DNA of 64,000 bases from Planctomycetota bacterium. Its GTDB lineage: Bacteria; Planctomycetota; B15-G4; SIAN01. The position numbers were made by a program, and so were the translations under genes. The stretch lies in NCBI GenBank assembly GCA_031409275.1, contig JANNXA010000007.1, positions 1-64,000 of the forward strand, written 5' to 3'. Below are positions 9,726 through 18,869 of this stretch, one piece after another. Each line of letters opens with the position of its first letter. Position 1 is the first letter of the stretch. The notes below the pieces were generated by a model that saw nothing but the letters and a program-made list of their open reading frames with translations, was not told the origin of the DNA and did no database searches.

Positions 9726-10805
9726 ATGATCTGGATCTGGATCGGGTTCGTCCTCTTCATCCTGCTGCTGCTGGCGCTCGACCTCGGAGTGTTCCACCGC
9801 AAGTCGCACGTCGTGAGCCTGCGCGAGTCGATCGCGTGGTCGGGCGTCTGGGTGGTGGTGGCGTTGCTCTTCTCGACCTTCATCTGGCACGCCTACGACA
9901 CGCACTGGCTCGGCCTCGGCAACGCCGCTGATCCGGTCGACGGGCTGGTCAACGACGGCCGCACGGCGACCCTCAAGTACCTCACCGGTTACGTCGTCGA
10001 GAAGTCGCTCAGCGTCGACAACCTCTTCGTCATCGCGATGCTCTTCACCTTCTTCGCGGTACCGCCCATCTACCAGCACCGCGTGCTCTTCTGGGGCGTC
10101 GTCGGTGCCCTCGTCTTGCGCGGCGCGATGATCGCCATCGGCGCGAAGCTGATCGCCGAGTTCCATTGGCTGCTCTACGTCTTCGGCGGCTTCCTGCTGC
10201 TGACCGGCTTCAAGATGCTGCTGATCAAGGGCAACGCCACGGATCCGAGCCAGTCGTGGGCGGTCGTGATCGCGCGCCGCTTCCTGCCGGTCACGGACCG
10301 ATTCCACGGCGAACACTTCCTGGTGCGAGCCGGCAGTGCGGCGGCGTCCGAGGCGGCGACGCCGGGAGCGGCTGCCGAGGTGGACGTTTCGCTGGCGCGC
10401 GCGAAGCCGGGCGCGTGGCTCCTGACGCCGCTGGCGCTGGCGCTGATCCTGGTCGAAACGACCGACCTGATCTTCGCCGTCGACTCGATCCCGGCGATCT
10501 TCGCCATCACCGCGGACCCGTTCCTCGTCTTCACCAGCAACGTGTTCGCGATCCTCGGACTGCGCTCGCTCTATTTCGCGCTCGCGGGCCTGCTGGACAA
10601 GTTCCGCTACCTGAAGACGGCGCTGGCCGTCGTGCTGATCCTGGTGGGCGCGAAGATGCTGGTGGCCGACTGGCTGAAAGCGCTGCTCGGCGGAAGCTTC
10701 CACTTCGTCCTGCTCGGCGCGATCCTGGGCATCCTCGCAACCGGCGTGATCGCCAGCATCGTCGCCGATGCGCGCGCAAAGTCGCGCACGGGCACTCCAG
10801 GCTGA
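9726..10805 (+). CDS. terC: TerC/Alx family metal (Mn) homeostasis membrane protein
   Basis: EKSLSVDNLFV, QHRVLFWG, ETTDLIFAVDSIPAIFAIT and TSNVFAILGLRSLYF motifs; multiple TM helices. Confidence 0.92.
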   Translation: MIWIWIGFVLFILLLLALDLGVFHRKSHVVSLRESIAWSGVWVVVALLFSTFIWHAYDTHWLGLGNAADPVDGLVNDGRTATLKYLTGYVVEKSLSVDNLFVIAMLFTFFAVPPIYQHRVLFWGVVGALVLRGAMIAIGAKLIAEFHWLLYVFGGFLLLTGFKMLLIKGNATDPSQSWAVVIARRFLPVTDRFHGEHFLVRAGSAAASEAATPGAAAEVDVSLARAKPGAWLLTPLALALILVETTDLIFAVDSIPAIFAITADPFLVFTSNVFAILGLRSLYFALAGLLDKFRYLKTALAVVLILVGAKMLVADWLKALLGGSFHFVLLGAILGILATGVIASIVADARAKSRTGTPG

Positions 10806-10844
10806 CGCGGGACCGTCGAGTGGCAGTCCGGCCGACGGTCGCAG

Positions 10845-11525
10845 TCACTTCGCCGCCGGCTCGTCGCGGAGGAAGCGGGCGAGCTCGGCGAGGTGCTGGT
10901 CGGCGCGGCGCAACGCCGCGCTGGTGAGCGCATCGCGCAAGCGAGCGGCGAAAGGCGAGAGATCGCGGCGGTCGAGCTGGCGGCGCGACCAGAGCCAGCC
11001 GGCGACGAGGAGCGCGAGGCCCACCAGCACGTTGCAGAGCAGCCAGCCGAGATCGAGCTTCTGGAGAAGTGGCGCGCCGCTGATCGCTTCCAGCAGCAGC
11101 ACCGGCAGCGGCAGCCACACGACCGCGCCGCCGAGCAGCATGAAGCGGAAGCACCGGAGCTCGACGCGACGCGTCCGCTCCAGCGCCTGCTGCAGCCGCA
11201 CCACCGGCGCACCGCCATCCAAACGCAAGCTCGCAGCGAGAACCCGCACGCACTGCGCGGTCGCCACCGCGAGGTAGGCGAGGACCGCGGCGCCGATCAG
11301 GAGGTAGCGCGGCTCGTCGTGATGGCCGATCACCACGGGAAGCAGCAGCGTGAAGGCTGCAGCCCCGATCACCGCGTCGACCGATCGCCAGAAAGCGAAG
11401 GCGGCGAGCGCGAAGCGGACCTTGCGCAGCATCATTTCGCGCAACAGCCGCTCGTCGATGGCGAGGCTCTTCTCGAGGCGAGCGCCGTGCTCCGCCCAAG
11501 CGGCCTTCAGTTCATCGAGTTCCAT
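10845..11525 (-). CDS. Membrane protein, probable partner (anti-sigma) of the adjacent ECF sigma factor
   Basis: MELDELKAAW start, about 4 TM segments, and overlap with the sigma gene's 3' end. Confidence 0.7.
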   Translation of the reverse strand: MELDELKAAWAEHGARLEKSLAIDERLLREMMLRKVRFALAAFAFWRSVDAVIGAAAFTLLLPVVIGHHDEPRYLLIGAAVLAYLAVATAQCVRVLAASLRLDGGAPVVRLQQALERTRRVELRCFRFMLLGGAVVWLPLPVLLLEAISGAPLLQKLDLGWLLCNVLVGLALLVAGWLWSRRQLDRRDLSPFAARLRDALTSAALRRADQHLAELARFLRDEPAAK

Positions 11526-12033
11526 CGCGCTCCTCCTTCGATGCGTCGACCGCGGGCGTCAACGTGCCACGCAGCCGTTCCTTGATTCGCCACAGCTTGG
11601 TGGCGACGTTTCCCGGCGAGATGCCGAGTGTCTCTGCGATGGCCGCGTGCTCCTCCCCTTCGAGGTGGAGCAGCACCAGCGCCTTGTCGAGCGGGCCGAG
11701 CGCATCGATCGCGGCCCGCAACCGCTCGGCAGCGTCACCGCGCTCCTCCGTCACTGCCACCAGCCGGATCGCGTGCGGCTCGAGCGGCTCGCGCTTGTCC
11801 TTGTGGCGGCGCTCGCGACGTTGAAACGAGATCGCCACGTTGAGCGCGATGCGGGCGATCCACGTCGATTCGCGAAAGCGCGGGTCGTAGCGGTGGTGCG
11901 CCCGCCACAGCTGCACCGCGATCTCCTGCACGACGTCCTCTCGATCGGCGGCGTCGCGGCAGTAGGCCCAGGCGACCTTGTGGATCAGGCCGGCGTGGCG
12001 CTTCAGCAGTTCGGTGAGTCGGGTGGGTTCCAT
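11512..12033 (-). CDS. ECF sigma-70 family RNA polymerase sigma factor
   Basis: Region 2 (DREDVVQEI..QLW, TWIARIALN) and region 4 HTH (AIAETLGISPGNVATKLWRIK). Confidence 0.92.
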   Translation of the reverse strand: MEPTRLTELLKRHAGLIHKVAWAYCRDAADREDVVQEIAVQLWRAHHRYDPRFRESTWIARIALNVAISFQRRERRHKDKREPLEPHAIRLVAVTEERGDAAERLRAAIDALGPLDKALVLLHLEGEEHAAIAETLGISPGNVATKLWRIKERLRGTLTPAVDASKEERDGTR

Positions 12034-12128
12034 CGCGTCGCGACATGATTCGCAGCGAACCGCCGCTGGATCACACCTTCGCCGATTTTCTTCGCGGGCC
12101 CCGGGCGAAACGAGGGGCTTGGCGCCCG

Positions 12129-14069
12129 CTACTCGTCGCCGCTGATGTAGCCGAGCGCCTTCAAGACGTCGCGCGAGTCGTCGCCGAGCTCGACCTGCGC
12201 GGCGCCTTCGAGGCGGGCGGCGCGCGCGGCGCCACGACGTTGCGCCAACAATCGAGTCAACGCCTCGGCGCGCTCGGGGCGCTCGGACGCGAGGTCGTGC
12301 TGCTCGCGCGGGTCGGCCGCGAGGTCGAACAGGAAACGGTGCGTGGCGCCGTCGTACTCGATCTCGATCAGCTTCTCATCGCCGACCCGCACCATCGCCA
12401 GCGGGATGACGCCGGCGCGTTGCGCGAAAGAGACGCGCGTGGCGCCTTCGCCCGCGGCATCGGCCGCACGCGCCGCATCGTCGGCGGCCAGCAGCTCCCG
12501 CAGGTCGCGACCATGCAGCCCTTCGCCGCTCTCGACGCCCACGGCGCCGAGCAACGTCGGGTAGAGGTCGACCAGCTGCACCGGCGTCGCGACGCGGCCC
12601 GGCACGACTCCCGGCCCCAGCACGATCAACGGCACGCGCAGCAGCTCGTCGTACATCGAGTGGCTGTGGCCGAGCTGCTCGTGGTCGAAGAACTCCTCGC
12701 CGTGGTCGGCCGTGATCACCAGCCAGCTGTCCTTCATCCAGCCGCGCGCTTCGAGCTCCCGCACCAGGCGCCCGACCTCGCGATCGCAGAAGCGGATCTC
12801 GGCGTCGTAGAGCTGCGAGATCCCCTCCGCGATCCCCGCCTCCTGCTCGGGCCAGCGGCCGAACGGATGCGGCGGGCAGTTGTGAGGGAAACGGCCGTGC
12901 GTCGCCATGCGCTCCGGATCGGGCGACACCTCGTTCAGCAGATCTTCGGGCGGCGCGTAGGGACTGTGAGGATCGATGTACTGCACGTAGAGGAACTGCG
13001 GCGCGGTGGGCGGCGCGGGCAGCCACGACAGCACGGCGTCGGTCAGCGCGCGCGCATCGCTGTCGTCGAGGTCGGCGCTGACGCGACCGAAGCCGAGCGT
13101 CTCGGTGACGAAGTGGGAGAGGCGACCCCACGCGGTGAAGCGCGCGAGCCGGCTCAGGCGGTGCAGCCAGAAATCATCGAACCCCTGCTCGAAGCCGAAC
13201 ACCGGCGACACGTTTTCATTGGCGCTGAAGCAGGCGGTACGCCACCCCGCGCCCTGCAGCCGCTCCGCCAACGTCTCCGCCGATTCAGGGAGTCGATCGA
13301 GCACGTCGTTGGTGCCGTGCGCGTCGGGGTAGAGCGACGTGAACAGCGAGGCGATCGACCCGCGTGTCATCGGCGCCTGGGCGCAAGCGTGCTCGAAGAG
13401 GACGCCGCGTTTCGCGAGCGCGTCGATCTCCGGCGACGTGTCGCGCGGATAGCCGTAGCAGCCGAGTCGATCGGCGCGCTGCGTGTCGATGGTCAGCACG
13501 ATCACGTGGCGCGGCGTCGCTCCCGCCGCGAGGGGCACTGCGCCGCTGCGGCGTTCGGTGGCACCGCCCACGCCACCGACCGCGATGGCGCCGTACGCGC
13601 CGAGGTTCAGCAGCACGAGCAGCGCGACCATCCGCCGTGGCGCCCGCGCAAGTCCGAGCGCCGCCAACGCCGCGATCAACAGGGCAGCGAGCGCGAGACC
13701 GCCGGTCGCCAGCAGCGACCGCGCCGCCAGGAAGCCGACGTTCGCCAACATCCGCTCGTGCACCCAGTCCCCTGGCACGACGAACGCCACCGCCGCCACG
13801 CCGAGCGCGAAGGCGGCCGGCGCGCCGGCGATCGGTGCAAGTCGTGGGAAGCGGCGACGGGCCAACGCGAGCAGCGGCAGCGCGAGCAGCGCGACGCACG
13901 CGGACGACAAGGCGTACCACCCTCCGACGCCGAGCGAGTCGGCGAGTGGCGTTGCCACCACGACCGACGATGCGTGCAGCAGTGCGGCGCACTCGACACC
14001 GCCCACCAGCAGCCCGGCCAGCGCGCCGCAGAGCAACGCCGCACCGGCACCCGCTCGTGGCGCCTCCAT
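12129..14069 (-). CDS. Membrane-anchored sulfatase-fold (alkaline phosphatase superfamily) protein, Thr-type
   Basis: N-terminal TM bundle; TIDTQRAD, APMTRGS, DPHSPY, ADHGE and LVDLYPT motifs; C-terminal LKALGY. Start uncertain. Confidence 0.85.
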   Translation of the reverse strand: MEAPRAGAGAALLCGALAGLLVGGVECAALLHASSVVVATPLADSLGVGGWYALSSACVALLALPLLALARRRFPRLAPIAGAPAAFALGVAAVAFVVPGDWVHERMLANVGFLAARSLLATGGLALAALLIAALAALGLARAPRRMVALLVLLNLGAYGAIAVGGVGGATERRSGAVPLAAGATPRHVIVLTIDTQRADRLGCYGYPRDTSPEIDALAKRGVLFEHACAQAPMTRGSIASLFTSLYPDAHGTNDVLDRLPESAETLAERLQGAGWRTACFSANENVSPVFGFEQGFDDFWLHRLSRLARFTAWGRLSHFVTETLGFGRVSADLDDSDARALTDAVLSWLPAPPTAPQFLYVQYIDPHSPYAPPEDLLNEVSPDPERMATHGRFPHNCPPHPFGRWPEQEAGIAEGISQLYDAEIRFCDREVGRLVRELEARGWMKDSWLVITADHGEEFFDHEQLGHSHSMYDELLRVPLIVLGPGVVPGRVATPVQLVDLYPTLLGAVGVESGEGLHGRDLRELLAADDAARAADAAGEGATRVSFAQRAGVIPLAMVRVGDEKLIEIEYDGATHRFLFDLAADPREQHDLASERPERAEALTRLLAQRRGAARAARLEGAAQVELGDDSRDVLKALGYISGDE

Positions 14070-14080
14070 CGTCCGGACGT

Positions 14081-14998
14081 TCAAGCGCTCCTCCCCGCCC
14101 ATCGCCGCGCCACGCCCATCCAGCGATTCGCCGCGAACAGGCGCACGTAGCCCGACCAGGCGCCGCTCTCCCAATCGGCGACGCCCCGCATCTTCCACAC
14201 GCGCGCACGGTCAGCGCCTGGCCCGCGCCAATACTGCGAGAAGAAGACGCGCGGAATCGTGGTCGCGCCGGCGGTCACTTCGTCGGCCCACTCGTCCGTC
14301 AGGAAGGTGGCGCGAAAGCCCGCTTCGCGCAGCGCGACGTCGAGGCCGGCGCGACTGACGCCGCCACCCGGCCACGCCAGGAACTCCGGCTCGACGCCCA
14401 GCAACTCCTTCATGCGCGCGCGACAGCGTCGCAGGTCGGCACCGATGCGAGCGCGCTGCGCCGCCTCGTCCTCGCCCGGCCCGCGTTGCCCGAACCACGT
14501 CCATTTCGCGCCGCTGCGATCGAGAACGGCGTGCGACGCCGAGTGCGCTTCGACCTCGAAGACGCCGCCGCGCGCCAACGCCTGCAACTCGGATGGCCGC
14601 AGGTAGCCCTGCTGCTCGACCTCGTGGTCGGGACATCGCCCAAGCGCCGGTCGCACCTGCGCCCCTGCTTCGAGGAGATCGGTGGCGACGAAGAGGGTCG
14701 CACCGAAACCGTGGCGCGCCAGCAGCGGTGCCGCGATCGTCGCGTTGTCGAGCCAGCCATCATCGAAGGTCAGCAGGATCGGGCGCGGCGGCAGCGGCGC
14801 GCCGGTCGTGAGGTGATCGTGCAGCTGTCGGCAACGAATCGACGTGTAGCCGCCGGCGCGCAGCGACGCGAGCCCGCGCTCGAAGACGTCCGCTTCCAGC
14901 GAAAGCTCGCCGTGCGGCCCCTCCATCGGGGCGCCGCGCGTGCGAACCGAATGGAACAGCAGGATCGGCACGCGGCCGAGGCACAGACGCTGATGCAT
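14081..14998 (-). CDS. Polysaccharide deacetylase (CE4/NodB-like)
   Basis: ILLFHSV, LTFDDGW, AHSASH and LAWPGG motifs. Confidence 0.88.
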   Translation of the reverse strand: MHQRLCLGRVPILLFHSVRTRGAPMEGPHGELSLEADVFERGLASLRAGGYTSIRCRQLHDHLTTGAPLPPRPILLTFDDGWLDNATIAAPLLARHGFGATLFVATDLLEAGAQVRPALGRCPDHEVEQQGYLRPSELQALARGGVFEVEAHSASHAVLDRSGAKWTWFGQRGPGEDEAAQRARIGADLRRCRARMKELLGVEPEFLAWPGGGVSRAGLDVALREAGFRATFLTDEWADEVTAGATTIPRVFFSQYWRGPGADRARVWKMRGVADWESGAWSGYVRLFAANRWMGVARRWAGRSA

Positions 14999-15000
14999 GG

Positions 15001-16215
15001 TCAGCGGCCCTTCGCCTCGCGCTCGGCGCGCAGCAGATCGAAGTAGAGCTGCTCGCGGCGCGCGTTCTGGCGCACGCAGTCGAAACGCTCGCGCACGCGC
15101 ACGCGGCCCGCGGCGCCCAGCGCGGCGCGGCGCGCCGGATTACGCGCCAGCTCGATCATCCAACGCGCCAGGGCGTCGACATCGTGCTCGGCCACGAGAT
15201 GGCCGTTGACCCCCTCCTCGACCGCCTCGGGAATGCCGCCATGTCGTGTCGCCAGCACCGGCAGGCCGCTCGCGGCGGCTTCGAGGATCGAGGTGGGCAC
15301 GCCCTCCTTGTCGCCGTCGGCCGGCGTCACGCTCGGATGGAGGAAGAGGTCGTGGTCGCGCAGGAACGACGGCAGCTCCAACGGCGCGATGAAGCCGGTG
15401 AACTCGACGCCCGCAGAGACGCCGAGCGCCTTCGCCTGCGCGACCAGCGTCGCTCGCAGCGGACCATCGCCCACCAGCGTGAGGTGACCCGCGACTCCGG
15501 TGGCGCGCATGCGGGCGAAGGCCGCGATCGCGTCGGCGAGCCCCTTCTTCTCGATGAAGCGGCAGACCGAGACGATTCGCAGCGGCCGCGCGGTCGCGCC
15601 GCTCGCCACCGTCGCTTCCGGCGGCTTGAAGCGCCCGAGGTCGATGCCCCATGGCAGCACCACGATCCGCTCGGCGGGCGCGCCGAGCGCGAGGACGTCC
15701 TGCTCCATGTCCGTCGACGGCACCACGAACGCGTCGAACGCCTCGATCACGCTCTGCAGGTGGGCGCGACCCAGGCCACCGAAGCGGCGCGCCGCCTTCA
15801 CCGCGTCGTAGCCGTAGAAGCTCACCACGCGCGGCACGTCGAGCGCTCGCCACAACGGCGCGAAGAACGCGGCATCGGTCCCGAAGTGGGCGTGGATCAA
15901 GTCAACGCCGGCCTTCGCGAGACGCGCCGCGGTCGCGCAGGCCTCGCGCGACGAAAGCCTGCGAACGCGATAGGCGAGGTCGGCCACGAATCGCGCCGGC
16001 GCCGAGAGCCCGTCCGTGGTGAGCCAAAGCGGACGTGCTCCGAGCCGCTCGCGCGCACCGCGCTGCTCGAGCCGCGCGACCACCAGCGGCCGTGCGCGCG
16101 CGCTGCCGACCACCTGTCCCTCGATGAAGGTCTCGGATGGCGCCACCCACGTGCGGATCAGGTGGGCCACCAGCGGCGGCGCGGTCACATCGTGCAGCGT
16201 CGCGCGGTCGCTCAT
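15001..16215 (-). CDS. Glycosyltransferase family 4 (WcaL-like)
   Basis: SETFI, IHAHFG, RFIEKKG, DGDKEGVPTSILEA and HGGIPE motifs. Confidence 0.92.
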   Translation of the reverse strand: MSDRATLHDVTAPPLVAHLIRTWVAPSETFIEGQVVGSARARPLVVARLEQRGARERLGARPLWLTTDGLSAPARFVADLAYRVRRLSSREACATAARLAKAGVDLIHAHFGTDAAFFAPLWRALDVPRVVSFYGYDAVKAARRFGGLGRAHLQSVIEAFDAFVVPSTDMEQDVLALGAPAERIVVLPWGIDLGRFKPPEATVASGATARPLRIVSVCRFIEKKGLADAIAAFARMRATGVAGHLTLVGDGPLRATLVAQAKALGVSAGVEFTGFIAPLELPSFLRDHDLFLHPSVTPADGDKEGVPTSILEAAASGLPVLATRHGGIPEAVEEGVNGHLVAEHDVDALARWMIELARNPARRAALGAAGRVRVRERFDCVRQNARREQLYFDLLRAEREAKGR

Positions 16216-17339
16216 GCGGGCGCCAGTTTGGCGGGCGTCGCGGCGCTCTTGCGACGCAGCTTGCGCAATCGCGGCAGCAGCTGCGTGCGCGCCAGGTGAA
16301 CCGTCGCGCCGCGCACGCCGGGACGCCAGATCAGCAACTGCTCGTGGTCGCGCACCGGACCGCCGTAGCGATGCAGCAGGTGCGGTCGCTCGATCTCGCC
16401 GCGCGACGCATCCAGCACGGTGACGCCGAGAGTTGCGCCTTGTTCTGCCATCGCCTGCAGCAGCAGCGTGCCGGGACCGTGCTCCTGCTGCTCGGGCCGA
16501 TTGGCGAGGTTGTAGGAGAGGAACGCCCCCTCATGCAGGAATCCGAGGTGGTAGGCGTGCAACACGCCATCGACGCGCAGCGTGCCGATCGCGAAGCGGC
16601 CACTCGCCGAAAGCGCATGGAAGAGCGGGCGGAAGAAGGCGGCGCGATCGGGCAGCGCAAGGATTCCGGTGGCGGTCTTGCCCTTCCAGCTCAACCGCTC
16701 GACGACCGCGCACTCCTCCAGCAGCGCGTCGAGCGTCTCCGGCGTCGGGCGCAGGAACGCGACGTCGACGCGGCCGACTGCTGCCAATCGCTTGCCACCG
16801 CGCGAAAGCTGGCTGCGCAGGTTCGACGACGGTGCGCGCGTCCCTGCGGCGCCGAAGTCGAAACATGGCGAGCGCGAGCAGACGCGTCGCTCGACGCGCA
16901 GCCGGCGCGCCGCCGCCAGGCGTGCCAGCGTCTCGATCAGGAAGCCGCCGGCGGTCGCTTCGCGCAGATCGAAGACCGTCCAGCCCTTCGACGGCCCCAC
17001 GAGCCAGTCGAGCAGCTCGTCGAGGAACGCCTCCCCTTGCGCATCGTCCCGGCGCGCGACATCGACGCGATCGAGCCACGGCGAACCGAGCACCTCGAGC
17101 TTCGCGAGCTTCCAGCGGCCGATGTGGCCTTGTCCGAGCTGCAACGGCAGCCCGGCCTCGAGGCGGCCGACGCTCTCGCGGAGCGCGACAAAGCGCTCGC
17201 ACGGAGCGGTCGGATGAGCGGCCCACGTCGCCAGCCATTCGACGCGTTGGAAGAAGGCCGCCGCCGGCTGCGCCGCAATCAGCGTCTCCCACGCCGCGCT
17301 CTGCGTGGCGAGAAAGTCGGCGAGCGGCCGCGTGATCAC
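16212..17339 (-). CDS. GNAT-fold acyltransferase, CelD/BcsL type
   Basis: FFQRVEWL, SWKG and GPGTLL motifs; tandem GNAT size; 4-nt overlaps with both neighbours. Confidence 0.8.
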   Translation of the reverse strand: MITRPLADFLATQSAAWETLIAAQPAAAFFQRVEWLATWAAHPTAPCERFVALRESVGRLEAGLPLQLGQGHIGRWKLAKLEVLGSPWLDRVDVARRDDAQGEAFLDELLDWLVGPSKGWTVFDLREATAGGFLIETLARLAAARRLRVERRVCSRSPCFDFGAAGTRAPSSNLRSQLSRGGKRLAAVGRVDVAFLRPTPETLDALLEECAVVERLSWKGKTATGILALPDRAAFFRPLFHALSASGRFAIGTLRVDGVLHAYHLGFLHEGAFLSYNLANRPEQQEHGPGTLLLQAMAEQGATLGVTVLDASRGEIERPHLLHRYGGPVRDHEQLLIWRPGVRGATVHLARTQLLPRLRKLRRKSAATPAKLAPA

Positions 17340-18862
17340 TGCGGTGCTCCGTCGGGCTTGCGCTCACCGCAGTACGGCACCGCCAGCAGGATCGCGGAGA
17401 CGTACCAGAGATTGACGTCGGCGATCGGCGTGTGGACGTTGTACATGCTCTTCGCGTACCAGCCGAGCAGGCCGGCAAAGCAGCCGGCCGCGGCCGTCCA
17501 CAGGACCGGATCGCGCAACGTGCGCACCATCTTCCAGCCCCGCCACATCACCAGCCACGCCCACGCGTGGTAGGCGATCCCGCCCCAGATGCCGAGCTCC
17601 GCGGTCACCAGCAGCGAGCCGTTGTGGACGCGGAAGAGGACGTTGCGGATGTCGCCGCTGCCGTCGTTCCACTTCCAGGCGCCGTCCGTGTAGGCGCCAA
17701 GCCCGGTCCCTTCCCACCACGAATGGCGGATCACGTTGAGGGCGGTGCACCACTGCTGCCAGCGTGTTTCCGTCGAGCCGTAGTCGGGCGCCAGCAAACG
17801 CTGGCGGAAGTCGCCCCAGAACGCGAAGAGCAGCACGAACAAGATGCAGCCGGCTGCGATCGGCAACCAGAGACTGACCACGCGCGGCCGCCCGAGCCGG
17901 CGCTGCTGCCAGTGGAAGATCAGCAGCGCGCAGGTGGCCGAGCAGGCCCAACCCGCGCGCGAGAAGGTGATCAGCAGGCCGAACTGGGTGACGATGCAGG
18001 TCGCCATCCAGAAGAGGCGCGGCAACGCGCGCATCCCCACCTGAAGCGACTTCGCCATCGAGATCGGGCCGACCACGACGAAGTAGAGCGCAAGGTTGTT
18101 CGGGTGGCCCATCAGGCCGCCGGCACGCGCCTCGGCTCCATCCTCGGTCTCGAAGGTCTTCACGCCCGCTCGTTCGCCGAGGAAGTCGAGGTGAAGGCTC
18201 GACTTGGTCACGTACTGCAAGGTCGAGATGCCGACCTCGATCCAGCACTGCACCGCCACCGACATCAGCAGCCACTGCAGCAACTGCGGGTTGCGCACGC
18301 GCTTGGCGACGTAGACGAACATCAGGACGTAATGGAGCGTGCGCGACCACTCGATGAACGAGCTGACGGGGTCGCGCGAGACGCGAAACGACGCTGCGCC
18401 GGCGACCAGGAAGCCGAACGCCCACAGCGCGATCCAGCCAAGGCGCTGCGGCTTCACGGCGCGCCGCTGCAGGATCTCGAGTCCCCACGCCGCATAGAGC
18501 AGGTAGGTGAGCAGGTCGGGAATCGACAGCGTCATCGACGCCGGCCACAAGTTAACGATCGGATCGGTGCCGACGCGATGCCAGTACTCGACGTCGAGCG
18601 TGATCGGCGCGCAGAAGACCATCAGCCAGGTGGTGAAGTCGAGGAAGCGGTCGACGAGATTGAGCCAGATCGAGAGCGCCGCGCCCGACAACATGGTCAG
18701 CAGCGCAACCGCTTGCCACTTCACGCCGCCGGTCGCCGACCAGGCCACGCCGGTCGCCGCGAGCGCGGTCGCGATCGTCAGCACGATCAACGGGAACGGC
18801 GATCCCGGCGGGCGCTTGGCCGCGAGGCGATCGAGCACCGTCATCGGAGGCAGGGACGCCAA
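17336..18862 (-). CDS. wzy: O-antigen ligase/Wzy-family polysaccharide polymerase
   Basis: About 11-12 TM segments; RAGG.MGHPN, TFSRAGW, GTGLG and VHN...AELG motifs; located in the EPS operon. Confidence 0.8.
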   Translation of the reverse strand: MASLPPMTVLDRLAAKRPPGSPFPLIVLTIATALAATGVAWSATGGVKWQAVALLTMLSGAALSIWLNLVDRFLDFTTWLMVFCAPITLDVEYWHRVGTDPIVNLWPASMTLSIPDLLTYLLYAAWGLEILQRRAVKPQRLGWIALWAFGFLVAGAASFRVSRDPVSSFIEWSRTLHYVLMFVYVAKRVRNPQLLQWLLMSVAVQCWIEVGISTLQYVTKSSLHLDFLGERAGVKTFETEDGAEARAGGLMGHPNNLALYFVVVGPISMAKSLQVGMRALPRLFWMATCIVTQFGLLITFSRAGWACSATCALLIFHWQQRRLGRPRVVSLWLPIAAGCILFVLLFAFWGDFRQRLLAPDYGSTETRWQQWCTALNVIRHSWWEGTGLGAYTDGAWKWNDGSGDIRNVLFRVHNGSLLVTAELGIWGGIAYHAWAWLVMWRGWKMVRTLRDPVLWTAAAGCFAGLLGWYAKSMYNVHTPIADVNLWYVSAILLAVPYCGERKPDGAPQ

Positions 18863-18869
18863 GGGCGCC

